A stretch of DNA of 64,000 nt from Phaeosaccion multiseriatum (GCA_965112735.1 OZ218954.1:3844001-3908000); one strand, 5' to 3'. Shown: positions 1 through 13,108, numbered from the stretch's first letter. The notes: a model not told the origin generated them from the letters alone. Numbers and translations are program-made.

Positions 1-3000
1 ACGTGGCCACCCTGTCCAACAAAGGCGCTGCCGTGGGCAAGATGATGGCGACGGTGCACCTCTACGGACTGCGGAGCAACGACTCATCCTCCCTGCTGCA
101 CTTCGAGGTGCCTGTGGACTCGTTTGGGGCGCTGTACGCGGCTCTGGGGGAGGAGCTGAAGCTCGACGAGGCAGGCCCCTCGCCCCCAACGTAAGGAAGG
201 AAGGAGGGAAGGAGCGAGTGAGGGAAGGGCAGACACGTCTGGAATTTGTCCATGTCTTTCTTTTGTCTTCACCCTCTCCTCACTTCCTTCTCTCCTTCCT
301 CCCCTCGTCTCTTCTCTCGCTTGCTGCCCTGCCTACCTTCCCATCAACCTACCTGCTGCCGCTGTCCACTCTCACATCCTCAGCAAGTATCCGTGGGCGA
401 TGTACAACGGAGACGGCTCCGCCAAGCTCGATTCTCTGGAGAAGGTCATGGAGACCCCCGTCCTGCTCATCTTCAAGGGGGGGGAGTTTATCTGGCCGGG
501 TATAGAGGTGGGTGGGGGGGAGGGTGGGGGGTGGGCACTCATAGATAGATATACATATATATATATAGAGAGAGAGAGGGAGGGAGGGAGAGGGAGAAAC
601 TCAGAGAGAGAGAGAGTGGGAGAGAAGTCAAGAGAAGAAGAGAGAGAGGTCGCTTTGGTGCTCTTGGATGGGGTGTGGACGTGGGGGGCGGGGCGATGTC
701 TGTCTTACCATGACACCTCTCGAAGTGCGGCTCTGATATCTTGCCTCTCGTGCCTCGTTCCCCCTTCCCCTCTCTCTCGACTCTCTCCCTCTCTGCTCTC
801 TCTCCCGCCCTCGCCTTCTCTGTCTGTGTCTGCACTCACTGACATGTACTCCGCTGCCCAGGAGGGGCACGTGACGGAGGTGAAGGGCTTGGCAGGGCTG
901 GGTTCCATCCGAATGACCACTCTCTCCCTCAAGGTACGCCAGCCTGTTGTCCAGCTTCCTCCTCTCCTCTCTCTTTCTCCTCTCTGCTCTCTTGTCTTCT
1001 TTTTTGTTTTCTTCTTTTTTCGCTCTACCTCCTCTCCTCTCCCCTCCTCTCTCCCTTATGTCTCTCTCAGCTCCATCAACTGCCATCCCATCCCCCCTCC
1101 ACTGCCGTTGCACCCCCCCCCTCCTCTTGCAGCCGCTGGTGTTCGAGATGGAGAACTTCCTCACAGATGACGAGTGCGCTCACATCATCGAAAGAGCCTC
1201 GCCCAACCTCGCCCCCAGGTGGGTCCTCACGTATATACCTCGCACACACATACACACACAGAGTACACACACACACAATACACACACACGCACCAGGCCC
1301 AGTGCACGGCTGCTGATGCTTGACTGTACTAACAGAACCGGCCTTCCACTGCCATCCACTCTTCCTTATCCTCTCCCATGCCTCTCCCACATCGACACTG
1401 CCTGTCGGTCCGTCTCTGTCTGTCTCTCACTCCCTCTCTCTCTCTCTCTCTCTCTCCCTCTGTCTCTCCTTCTCTGTCTGACTATTCTGTCTGTCTGACT
1501 ATTCTGTCTGTCTGTTCTCCCCGTCCACCGCCCTCCTCCCCATCCACTGCCATCCTCCCTCCTTCCCCCCACCCCAGCCCGGTGACCCTGATGGACAATG
1601 ACTTGGGCAAGAGTGACGACAACTGGCGGACCTCGCAGAACACATTCCTCCCCTCCAAGGGGGACGACAAGCTCGTGGCAGTGGACCAGAGGGTCGAGGT
1701 AAGTCAGATGGGGGAGGAGGAAGGGAGGGGAGGGGAGAGGGGAGGGGAGAGGGGAGGGGAGAGGGGACAGCACCCCATGTGCTCTGTCGATGTGCTCTCT
1801 TTCCAACCGAACCGAATGTGCCTTTCATTACAACTTGGGGGGTGCTTGGTGTCAGGACCTGACGCGGGTGTCCAAGCTGCACCAGGAGAGCGTGCAGGTG
1901 CTGCGCTACAGAGACGGACAGAGGTACTCTGCACACCACGTAAGTAGCACCACTTATTTGCTGCGTACGTATGTGCGTCGTATGCACGTACGTAAGTGCT
2001 CTCTCTCTCTCCTCTCTCTCTCTCGTCTCCTCTCTGTGTGCGTGTGGGTGTATGCAGATGCCCCCTCCCCCCCCCCCCCTGCTTGCCCTTCCCTCTCCTA
2101 ACATCTCTCCTCCCTCACACTCTATACCCTCTGCCGTCCCTCTGCTGCCATCCCCCTGTTGTCCACCTCCATCCCTGACAGGACTTCTTTAACCCCGTGT
2201 TTTACCAAAAGGACGCCAACACGCTGCGCAGCACCGACAACGGCCGCCGCAACCGCATGATCACCGTGTTTTGGTACCTCAGCACCGTGGAGAAGGTCAG
2301 TGCTGTCAGTGCTCTCAGTGCTGTCAGTGCTCTCGGTGCTGTCAGCGCTCTCACTGCTGTCAGTGCTCTCACTGCTTGCGAAAGCATGTATATGTATGTG
2401 TGTGTAGGCCTGTAAGTGTGTGTGTGTGTGTGTGTGTGTGTGAGTATGTGTGTGCGTGTGCACGTCCGCAATGGACCGATATCGATATCGATATCGATAT
2501 CGATATCGATATCGAAAAGATATAGCACACACCACCCTCTGACCTACCCTCTTTGTACTCGCCTCACCCCCCTCTGGTGCCATCCATGCCTCACCCCCCT
2601 CTGGTGCCATCCATGTACCTGCAGGGGGGCGAGACCATCTTCCCTCGCTCGGGGGGTGTAAAGGGGCGCGTGGACTTTGACAGCTGCGAGACGGGCCTAA
2701 AGGTCAAGCCCGTCAAGGGGAAGGTGGCCATGTTCTACAGGTACAGTAAGGCAGTGAGGGAGGAGGGCTTGCAGTAAGTCAGTAATGGAGACCAGGCTGG
2801 CGCACCAAGTCCGTGTGTGCGTGTGTGCGAGCTTGCAGTTGCAGTTTATAGAGGGTCAGGAGCTGCTCTGACCTGGCATATGCCCTGCCCTGCCCATATG
2901 CCTCCCTCCTGCTCACAGCATGACCCCTGATGGGCAGTTCGACGACTTCTCCCTGCACGGAGCTTGTCCCGTCATCGAGGTGGGTGGGTAGTAAGTCAAG

Positions 3001-4011
3001 GGAAGGGGGGTGGGTGGTTAGTAAGTCAAGGGAAGGATGAATGGGTGAGTGGGTGTCAGGACAAGAAGGTGGGTGGGTGTCAGGACAAGAAGGTGGGTGG
3101 GTGAGTGGGTGTCAGGACAAGAAGGTGGGTGGGTGGGTGTCAGGACAAGAAGGTGGGTGGGTGTCAGGACAAGAAGGTGGGTGGGTGTCAGGACAAGAAG
3201 GTGGGTGGGTGGACGGGGATAGTGCACAAGGGCAGCACGCACGCACGCACACACGCAACGCACACACGCACACACACCGGCCCCTCCCTCCTCTCTCCCT
3301 GCCACCCGTCTGTCCTCTGGTCTCTTCGAGGTGCACCGTGCACGGCCCCCTTGTCTTTCTCTACTTGTTTCTACTCTACCCTGCCCATATGCCTGTGTGT
3401 GTCCCGTATGCCTCTGCGCTGCTCAGCTCTGCGCTGCGCTGCTTGAATACTTGTCCGCCCTTCACTCCGCTGCAACTGCTCAACACGCGCTCCTTCTTCC
3501 CTCTTTCTCCTCCCCCCCCTCTCTCCCGCCCCGCTGCACGCACACACACCCACACACACGCACACACACTCCCTCACACCCGCACGCACACACACGCACA
3601 CACACACACTCACATACACACATACACACACGCACACACACTCCCACACACACACACACACACGCACACTCACATATGCTAGGGCGAGAAGTTCGCAGCC
3701 AACAAATGGGTGTGGAGCGCACCGGTAAGTCACCAAGTCGTCCCTCTGAGTCACTGAGTCACATTCTGCCGGACTGTACCAATTTTTGCTGTGCTCGTCT
3801 TTGTCTTCATCCCTCCACCCCTCGCCTCCTCGGTTCTGAATACAATTGTACCATGCGTGAAGTGCTCGCGTCCGTACGCTTCGCTCATGCCCTCTCCTGC
3901 CCGCTTGCGTGCCTGCCTGCGTACCTGCTGCGTGCCTGCCTGCCTGCCCGATGCCTGCCCATATGCCTTTCCACTCCCCAGAGCGCCTACACAGAGTACA
4001 AGAAGGTCTAA
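1..4011 (+). CDS. Prolyl 4-hydroxylase alpha-type 2OG-Fe(II) dioxygenase (5' end lies outside the window)
   Basis: Spliced exons ~1-190, 384-507, 862-933, 1133-1218, 1578-1698, 1856-1939, 2182-2295, 2625-2740, 2919-2979, 3683-3724, 3982-4011, all GT-AG and in frame. They give [19 protein letters not shown]...WRTSQNTFL...[21 protein letters not shown] (HxD)...[22 protein letters not shown]...[19 protein letters not shown], which are canonical P4H motifs. Confidence 0.92.
2296..2375. repeat. 9-bp minisatellite (GTCAGTGCT-like) starting at an intron donor
   Basis: gtcagtgct/ctcagtgct units repeated about 9 times directly from the GT at 2296. Confidence 0.85.
2477..2514. repeat. Self-complementary (CGATAT)n tract
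   Basis: cgatatcgatatcg... about 6 units; a perfect palindrome. Confidence 0.9.
2980..3210. repeat. Intronic ~24-bp minisatellite (GGGTGTCAGGACAAGAAGGTGGGT)
   Basis: About 6 units, preceded by a duplicated gtgggtgg..agtaagtcaagggaagg block at the donor. Confidence 0.85.
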
Positions 4012-4924
4012 GGGAAGGAGGAGGCCGCGAAGTAGTGAAGCAGTGACGCATTGAAGTAGTGAAGCAGTGAAGGAGTGAAGCATGAAGCACTGGCGCAGCC
4101 AAGGAGTAAAGAGTGAAGCAATAAGGGGGAGGGAATCACGCAGGCCGACTACCCCTCTAAGCGGAGAAGCAGTGAAGCAGTGAAGCAGTGAAGCAGTGAA
4201 GGAGCGAAGGAGGCGCTGCACACACGAGAAGGAATGTACCGAGACGTGGAGTGGAGTGGAGTGGAGTGTAGTGATGTGATGTGGAACACCGCGGAGCCTC
4301 CCTCCCAGGGCGTCTCTGCGGTCTATGCGTCTGCTGCCATCCCCTGTGGACAGCGGAGAGAGCGCTAGAGGGAAGTCCGTGTGCTGTCTCGACTCTCTCG
4401 GCGGAGGGGCCGCAGCAGCAAGGAGCAGCAGCAAGGAGCAGCATCGCTCGCATCATTGGTAAGATAATCGGGCATTGAAACATTGAAACGGGGGTTCGAG
4501 GCACCAGTCAGGAGGGGGGGTTAGCAAGTGCTACGACAAAATTATATCATGTATAATCTACGTAGTAGTATGTAAGGGAGGGAGGGGGGGGAGGGCATTG
4601 GCATGTGCATGAAGTAAATAGACAGAGAGGAGTCTTTCGGACCTTTATTATAATACATCGTGTGATAAATTATTTGATATTTTGACATTTTTCCCTCGCG
4701 GTACCCCTACGACGCCCGACCCCTTCCCATGCCCGCAGTCTCGTGCATCCTTACTCACAGGGGGGGGGGGGCAATCAGGGAGGCCCAATCAGGGTGGCCC
4801 AATCAGGCTCTCGCCAATATCGACCTCTACAGGGCGTGTCGAGCATCTCGATGTGGACTCTGGGTCTCTAAATATAAATATATACACGGCGGTGTTGAAA
4901 CCCCCATACCGTGTAAATACCGTG

Positions 4925-5063
4925 TTATGAGGCACCGCTGGCGAGGGTCCACCTGCCCAGCGCGGTCTTGCCTTGTCTTCCCTCGTGGCACATGTTGTCG
5001 GGGAGCATCTCCAAGCTCTTGGCCTCGAAGCCAAGTGGCTCCAGCAGACCTGAGGCACACACG

Positions 5064-5114
<51 letters not shown>

Positions 5115-6079
5115 ATGCATGCACGTAAACGCACACATATGCATGCACACACATGCACACACACACACGCGCAAGGGGGTTCGATGGGTCATTACAGTGG
5201 GCTGACGGCACAACCAAGGCACTATTTCAGCACCACGGCGACTAAATGTCAGGGCCTCCCCTCTCCCCTCTTCACTGGCTCTTACCCTTCAAGAGGCCAA
5301 TTGACATAGCAAAAGGAGGTCCACCCTCCTTCTCCACCAAAGGAAAGATGATGGTGACAAGCTCCCCCCCCTCTGCCAGCAGGGACTTGATTTTCACCGC
5401 CCAGAGTTCTCTCTGAGTGGGATGCAATGCGCAGAGAAACGTGTAATCCAGCACGACATGGTACTTGTCGGTCTCCTTCTCGGCTGTGAGCTCAAAGAAA
5501 TCTGCCTGGCTGAACTGCGCGTCCTTCTCGGTGAGGTGCGGTGCCGTCTCCTTCGCAAAAGCTTTGGCTGCAGCTACAGCGGTTGGACTGATATCAAGCC
5601 CAACGGCGCTGTAGCCTGCGGTGGCGAAGGCGATCACGTCATACCCTCTGCCACAGCCGGGCACGAGGGCCTTCCCCCCTCCATCTGCCTTGGGCAGCTG
5701 TCTGCAATGAGGACGAAGAAGAAGAAGAAAAAGAAGAAGAAGCAGCCAGGGATAGGATGAGTGGAGTCCCCCACCTCGGGGTTATATAGAGTTGTATTGC
5801 AATCCCCTAGCGGTTCTAGAGGGGTCCTATTGGTCGCCACGCTTACTTGTTCTCCAGGAGCGAGGTGAGCGCTGGGCTGGGGATCTTTGCATCGAAGAAC
5901 TGACCACGCTCCAATCCTCGTGCCCACATTTGTTCCCAAGAGTCTGACATAGTAGCGGATGTGCCGCTCCTTCTGCTGCTGTGCAATTGTACAGTGGCAA
6001 AACTTGTGGGAATTGGAGCGAAGGCAAGGGCCTCGGCCTGGATCAGGGCACAGAGAAGGGACGGGAAGACCCTTCGCAT
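4925..6079 (-). CDS. SAM-dependent thiol/halide methyltransferase (TPMT/HOL family) with predicted bipartite plastid presequence
   Basis: Exons 6079-5847, 5701-5286, 5049-4925. Motifs WEQMW..GQFFDAKIPSPAL, KALVPGCGRGYDV (SAM motif I), GLDISPTAV, ADFF, LDYTFLCALHP..RELWA, GGELVTIIFP..EGGPPF. N-terminus MRRVFPSLLCALIQAEALA-FAP. Confidence 0.9.
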
Positions 6080-6387
6080 GAAGCCTTCACGTCAGTATAG
6101 GATATCCAAGCGACACTCTCTGACGGGAGGAAGGGGGGGGCGAGGCGGGAATATAAGGCAAGGCGGCGGGAGAAAAGATCCGGTCTGTGAATTGTCCCGG
6201 AGCACCAACCCACACCCTCCGGGAAGATCACTTGTATTCCTCCCTTTCTCCCTCATTATCTCTCTCACCGACCTCACCCTGCTATCTCACCCACTCTCCC
6301 AACCTTCCGCCCGAGGTTTACCTCGATTCCTACTCCTCCAGCAGAAACAAGGGGAAGTGGAGGAGGCTGAGGGTGATTGCCTCTTTC

Positions 6388-8892
6388 ATGAGGAGCAGCG
6401 CCGTCGCGAAGATCTCTGGCCTCTTCTCCTCCAGTGTTGTTAGTGCATCTCTCGCTCTCGTCCTCGCCACCACTCCTCCAGTGTTATTAGTGCACAGCAC
6501 GGGGCAAGAGTACATATCAGAAGCAGGGCGGCCAACGCCAGCGTGGGCCATGGCGGACGCGATTGCGCGGCCGGCGAGGAGGGTGGTAATCGTGGGGGCA
6601 GGGCTCTCCGGTCTGGTGGCCTGTGAGAGCATCGTGGAGCAGTACCAAGCGCTCTTGAATCAGCAGGGAGGGGACCCACAAGTAGCAGCAGCGGGAGGAG
6701 AAGCAATGGACAGCTTGGAGGTGGTCGTGCTTGAAGCCCGACAGAGGGTGGGAGGAAGGACTCTCGCCCTCATCCTCGGAGGCGATGGCACCACTCCGGC
6801 GCCATCTGCGCAAGCCGCGGCCTCCGCCGCAGCCACCGCCGGAGTAGGAGGCAAGCCTCCCGGGGTGGGGGAAGGGGCTACGGCCGTTGACCTTGGCGCG
6901 GCGTGGATGTGGCCAGAGAGCAATCCCCGCCTCTACGCCCTCTCCAAGAGACTAGGTAGGGCATGAGCCAGAGCAGGCTCTCTCTCTCTCGAGAACCTGA
7001 GAGCAACAAGAGGGGCAGGCTCTCTCCCATTGAGTTGATTTACAGTTGCTTGAGTCTCTGTATTTTTATTGTTGTTACTGCTGCTGGGGTATCGGGCTGC
7101 GTGCTTTGGGTTTTCCCTGTGTGTCGTGGTGACCCCCCCAATCCGTATGGGCACTCAGGCTTCACACACACAGCCCCTCTGGTACCATCCATGACCAAAA
7201 CCATGCCTCTCATTGTTGCTTGGGACAGGGGTGGAGAGCTTCTGCGACGAGGGAGACCCCTCGCAGCACAGGTTCACAGATGGCTCACACGCGCTGTCGG
7301 TGGAGCTGGCCAGGCGAGTTGGGCAGGCCGAAGGGGGGGGGGGGCGGACAGGGGGGCAGGGGCAGGGGCCGGACGGCGAAGGGGTGGGGGTGAAGCTGGT
7401 CTTAGGGGCCAGGGTGACAACTGTGGAGCTTGTCCCCGAGGGAAGCAGTGGCAGTGGCAGCGTCCTCGTTTCTTACACCGAGGAGGAGGGGCAAGGAACG
7501 GAGAGCAGCAGCAGCAGCAGCAGTAGCAGTAAGACGCAAAGGTCAACGAGAGCCGATGTGGTGGTGTTTTGCCTCCCTCCACGGCTCCTGGGCAGCGGCA
7601 CTGTGCAGTTCCTCCCTGGGGGGCTGCCTGCCCACCTCGCCCAGACCATGCGTCGCACGGACACGTGGATGGCACAGCAAGGCAAGGCCGTGCTGGACTA
7701 TCCCGGTGGACCTTTCTGGAGAGGCAAGGTGAGCTGCGGTTTCCGAGGGGAGGTGAAGGGGGGGGGAGAGATCCGGGAGAGGCACACCTAAGGAGACGTT
7801 GTTGGCCCCAGCGAGGGACGGAAGCAGCGAGTATGTGTCGCACTATCACACCACCCCCCTCTCGGTCTGTTGGGTCTCTGAAGCTCTACAGCGCTGCACT
7901 CTCCCACTGCCTACTGCTGTACCACCAACTTCCCGTCTGCGTGCAGGTGCGTTTGCCTGTGGGGGGTGGGGGCGGCCCTCTTGACGTCATGTACGATGTG
8001 TCTGCGCCCCCCCGGGACGGACACTTGTCTTCCACCTCTGGAACGGGCGAGCGGGGCGTGCTGGCGGGTTTCCTCTCGCACAACCCCGCCTTCCGGGCCT
8101 TGCCCCTGGCGCAGCAACAGGAGAAGGTGCTGGCTCAAGTGGGTGAGTGGGGCAGCAGCAGGAGCAGGTGCTTGCTCAAGTGGATGAGTGGGGCACGCTT
8201 TCTTGCCTCTCGCCCTGCCGCCTGCATGCCCTCTCCGCCCTCTCCTCATCTCTACTTTGCGCCTTCTCCTACCTAACTCTATGGCTGCTGCTGCTGTATT
8301 ACCGACTGCTGCAGAGGGCTGGCTGGGGCCGGAGGCTCGGCAGGGGGGGGTGACTGTAGCCGTTTACGACTGGGCCATTGAGGAGAGCAGCGCGGAAGAG
8401 GAGGCCGTCACCTGGTAAGCGGGGTTCGAAGGAAGAAGGAGAGGAGGAGGAGGAGGAGGAGGCTGCTGCTCAGCACATGAATACTCGGTGTCAGGATGTT
8501 CGAGAGCTTTATCTTCTGTCCCCAGACCTTCTCTTGCTGCTGTGGCCCCGCCCCACTTCACGCGTCACCGTCACCCCCGTTTTGCTTGTGCTTCCTCCCA
8601 TTATTTCCTCCCCCCCGCCCCCTCCCTGTGGGGTCCCTGTGGCAGTACCGCGCTGGACCGTGCCAACCCCCACCCCTGGAACCACCCCCACTACGGCCCC
8701 CTCGGGGAGCAGATGGAGCTCTGGGGCGGGGCGGTGACCCTGGGGGGCTCTGAAAGTGTCTCTTCGCGCCTCGGGGGCAGCTTTCTGGAGGGAGCCGTGG
8801 TGGGAGGGGAGCAAGCGGCAGCAAGAGTCATGCGCTTTCTCGCCAGCAGCAGCGGCGGCGGTAGAAGTAAGTCACCGAAGGAGCAGCGCTGA
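6388..8892 (+). CDS. Flavin-containing amine oxidase (MAO family)
   Basis: Exons ~6388(or 6550)-6955, 7229-7728, 7947-8142, 8315-8414, 8646-8892. Rossmann motif VVIVGAGLSGL, LEARQRVGGRT, DLGAAWMWP, TWMAQQGKAVLDY..PFWR, C-terminal GSE....GSFLEGAVVGGEQAA. Confidence 0.85.
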
Positions 8893-9061
8893 GCTGGCTG
8901 AGGCGGTAGAGGGCAGCAGCAGGTGGTGATACAGTAGCTCAGGGAGGGCGCATTTTGATGTGCTCGAGGTCGACTCCATGCATTTTGTCATCATGATGAT
9001 GACGGTCATGCGCACGAGGAAGGGAACGAGGCCTTGACAGGGCCTGCCTCGTGCGAGAGTA

Positions 9062-9093
<32 letters not shown>

Positions 9094-9535
9094 CCGTGGG
9101 CAGCGGTGGGGGGTGGACGCTGTGCTGCTCGAGCGTGCCCACTAGTCTCGCTAGACTTGATGCTCGAGTGTAGCCACTAGTCTCGCTAGACTCGGCAGTG
9201 ATGTGAGTGATGGCCCTCACCGTGTTGGGCAGAGAATGCCATAGAGGGGAGGGCGGCGGTCAAGGGCAGGCAAGCGGCTCTACTGGGAGGGGGGGGGGGG
9301 GTTGCAACACACTCAAGTGTGTGTATGTATGTGTGCTTACATCGCTCCACTCGAGGCCGAGGGCGGAGGAGGCGGGCAGGACGTATGACGCATGACTTGA
9401 CTGAGTGGAGGAGCAGCTTTGGTAGGCCCCGCCCCGGCGAGTGGGAGGGAGGTGGGGGGTGGGTGCAAGCATAGGGGGGAGGAGAGTGCCTCGCCTTTCT
9501 ACAGGCCCCGCCGCACTGCCCAGCCAGCGCCGGCC

Positions 9536-9633
9536 AGTAGCAGCAAGTATCAGCTGTCTACAGTAGCAGCAAGTATCAGCTGTCTACAGTAGCAGCAAGT
9601 ATCAGCAGTGCTCTGTGTTTCAGCTGTCTACAG
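9536..9633. repeat. 26-bp tandem repeat (CAGTAGCAGCAAGTATCAGCTGTCTA)
   Basis: 2.5-3 copies in intergenic DNA. Confidence 0.75.
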
Positions 9634-10444
9634 CGAGCGGCGTGGGACGGCGGTGGCTGGCAGGGTCGGCTCGGCTCTCGTTTCTCTGGCGTCCAAGTCA
9701 GTGGCCTCCAAGTAAGTCACTAGGCAGGGGCCGTCGGCGGCCAGAAGCGAGAGACCAGGAGGTCTGCCACCAGCTTGAAAGAATCCACAAGCCAGCAGTC
9801 CCAACAACCCCCTTCGTGGCAGGGTCTTGCCGAGGGTCTTGCCGAGGGTCGCCATTTAGGACAGCTCAGCACACCCCAGCCACTGAGAGATGTGACCAGA
9901 GCAGCCTATCTCGAACCGCGCAGAGGGCACTTGGAGGGACGGAGGAGCGGTAGGTGACATGGGCTAGCTAGTCTGGCAAGGGAGGCAGTTACGGCAATTC
10001 TTTCTCTTTGAAATTGATAATCACCTAAGAAACTGAAAGTGTGATTGTGGGTGTGTGCGTGTGTGTGTGATAGGGGCCGTATGTCACTGAAGCTCTGTAT
10101 CACCACCACGTGAGGTTGAAGTTGGAATGTCCAAGCAGGGAAAAAACTTAAAAACGCAATGCTGCGGTGTGAGTAGGCTCAGAGGAGGAAGCTGGGCTAC
10201 ATGTATAATACTTGTACATCAGTGAGGTCCGGAACCTGAAGCGGGAGTAGCGAAATATGCCTCAACAACTTCTCTCCTTGTTCCGGATGTTGGGAATGAT
10301 CGTGATTTATAGCCCTTTCCCCCTTCTTACCCTACACCGGCTTATACCGACGCGAAGTGGTCCTCACTCTCACCCCCCCTCCCAATCCCTCTGTCTCTTG
10401 TCTCCCTCTCTCACATAAACTCCAACGAAACAAAAGAAAGAGTG

Positions 10445-13108
10445 ATGAGGCATTGCGAAAGGAAGGGGGGGAAAGTAGCGGCAGCAGCAGCAGTTTTACT
10501 CTGCAACCAAAGCCAAAGCTTCGTCGTACCCACTGCTCTCACAGCAGCACCGAGAAGCAGGAGCAGCGTGGGTGTAAGGAGACATGGCGGTCGCAGCAGC
10601 AGCAGCAGTAGTAGCAGAACTAGGAGCAGCTTGCTGGGCAGGGGGGTTCAGCCGCATTCCGTGGCTCAAGGGTGGCGGCAGCTGGCCCTTCCACGGCAAG
10701 GCCCTGGTGAGAGCAACTTTGCACCAACATCAGTACTGTCCTGTATTTGCCCCTCACTCACTCCCCTTACTCCTGATTTAACAGCGACAGTGGCTCACGC
10801 CGGAGCCGATCCGAAGGGCCTTCCTCCGGACAGCCTCGATCTAAAGGAAGCAGTTGATAAGGACCTCGTCAGGGTGCTGCTGCTGGGAGAGGTGGGTGGG
10901 GCGAGAGGGGGGCGGAGATTGTTGGGTAGGAACCGAACGGAAGACAGAAGGCAGGGAGCGAGGGGGGGAGAGACAGTCGACCCAGACGCTGCTTGTGAGC
11001 CTGTTCCTTGTTTCAGCAGTCCATCCCTTGTGTCTGTCTGGCGTCTCAACAGGTGCTCGTGTTGGCGGCGGCGGTGGTGTTGGCTGCCAATCTGAACATC
11101 AAACTCGTGCAGGACACTCTTCAGGGCCTCTCTGAAACGCAGGACGTGCTCGTTGGACTGGCTGGTGGTGTCCCGCCCTTCCTCGCCAGGTTGGACGTCT
11201 AGACAGCCCCCTCCAGTTTCTCTTTCTCTCCCTCTCCCTCTCACTCTCCTCCCTCTTCTCCTTTCTCTCCGTTGTCTCTCTTTCGTCCGTATTTTACTCA
11301 CGACCTACCGCTTTGTCTCCCTCCATCGCTGTCCTCCCCTCCCCGAATGCGTCCCTCTGCCCCCCCCGGCTGTCTTAATCCCTATTACGCATTTCCTCCC
11401 CTACCCACCGCAGTGCTGTGCTGGAGGCGTCCCGAGTGGGCTTCTTCAAGGAAATCGATCAGGTGCGGCAGAGAAGGGGACACGAAACTGAGACTGAAAC
11501 TGATCTGAGTGGGTCGTTGTATGGGGCTGGCTGACGAAGCTGAAAGGGGTGGGGGGTAAGCAGCAGTGGCAGTGAGTCGTCTCGCCTATGCTTCCCCTCC
11601 TTACCCCTCCTTCCGGTGGACAGGATACGCGGCTGTACGTGCTGCGGGTCTTCGGCTACGGGCAAACCTTCCCCCGCTTGCTGGCGCCGGCCTTGGGCCT
11701 CGCCGTCGTGGCTGGCGTGTGCGAGGAGACATTCTTCCGCGGTGTGCTACTCCACGCCCTGCTGCCCGTCGTCGGACCGCTGCTCGCGCTGGTGCTCTCC
11801 AGCCTGGCCTTTGGCTTTGCGCACACGCCCGTGCCGGGTGGGTGGGTGGGTGGGTGGGTGGGTGGTTACCTACGGCTAACAGACACCCATGATTGAAGGC
11901 CCTGCCCCCCTCCCTGCCCCCCTCAGGTGCGAGTGCCTATGTGGAGGTAGTGTACGGCGCGGTGTTCGGCCTCGTGTACCTCTCCACAGGTGGCAACCTC
12001 GCCGCTGCCATGGCCGCCCACGTATGCTTTGATCTTCTCACCTTCCTCGAGGTGCGTCGCACTGTCCCGCTTCCTTCCTTCTTTCCTTCCTTCGTGTAGG
12101 CCGGGCCGGAGCGAAGGAAGGGCGAGGGAGTGTTGCCCAGGGTCCATTGCTGCCCAATGCACCACCCGACTGTCTCCTCCACTCCTCTGCTGTGAAGGAG
12201 CGCACATTCGGGACCGCTTTCCAACTTCGGCCTACCCCCCCCCCCCCCTCAGGTGCACTACCGAGCGAGCTCGCGCCTGTCTGACTCCCTGGCGCTGCTG
12301 CAGGAGCGCGTGGAGAGGGATTCGGCGCCCGCACCGCTGCCCTCGAGAGTCGAGGTGAACAAGCGCCTGAGGGACATGGACAGGGCCTTCCGCCTCAAGC
12401 CGGGCTTCTTTGACATGGTGCGAAGGGCGGCAGGGGCGGTGGGGTAGGTTTTGTTAAGTGGATGGGTGTCAGTCAGTAGCAAAAGTACGACTCTTAACAG
12501 CATGGTGCTTTAGCCTACATGGTGCAATAGCCTACCGCATCTCATACTTCGTACCATATCGCCTGCAGAGACTGGAAGTGCATGAAGCAGCGATCGCTCC
12601 GTTGTCTCCTCTCCTTTTCCGTTACCGAGTCTTTCTCCCCTCTCTCCCCTTCTCCCTTCCGCCCTCCCCTCTTCTGTCCGCAGGCCAGGGCCGTCTTCGA
12701 ACAGGTCAGGAGCAGTGTGCGTGCGTGCGTGCGTGCGTGTGTGTGTGCATGTGTATGTGCGTGTATGCGTGTGTGTGAGAGAGAGAGTGTGTGTGCCTGT
12801 GTATATGCGAGCGAGAGATTTGATAGCTTACTGACTGCTACCTTCGCCTCCTTGTCATCTGCGCCTGTCGCCCATTCTTCTTCTCTCCTCTCTTTCTGCT
12901 TCAGCTGGACATGGACGGCAACGGAGGCATTGACATGCGAGAGCTGCAGTTGGGCATTCGCACCTTCGGAGCCTTCATGCCTGGCGACGACGTGGTGGCC
13001 CTGATGGGGAGGGCAGACCTTGATCGCAACGGACAGATCGACTTGTCTGAGTTCGTGCGGCTGCTCATCATCAACGCCAAAGACGTGGAGGCGCAGAAGC
13101 TGGAGTAG
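10445..13108 (+). CDS. CPBP/Abi (CAAX protease-like) intramembrane protease fused to a C-terminal EF-hand pair, paralogue A
   Basis: Exons 10445-10706, 10785-10891, 11053-11189, 11414-11462, 11624-11837, 11927-12051, 12253-12417, 12684-12704 (21-nt micro-exon), 12905-13108. CPBP motifs CEETFFRG, AFGFAH, AHVCFD; EF loops DMDGNGGIDMRE and DLDRNGQIDLSE. Confidence 0.85.
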
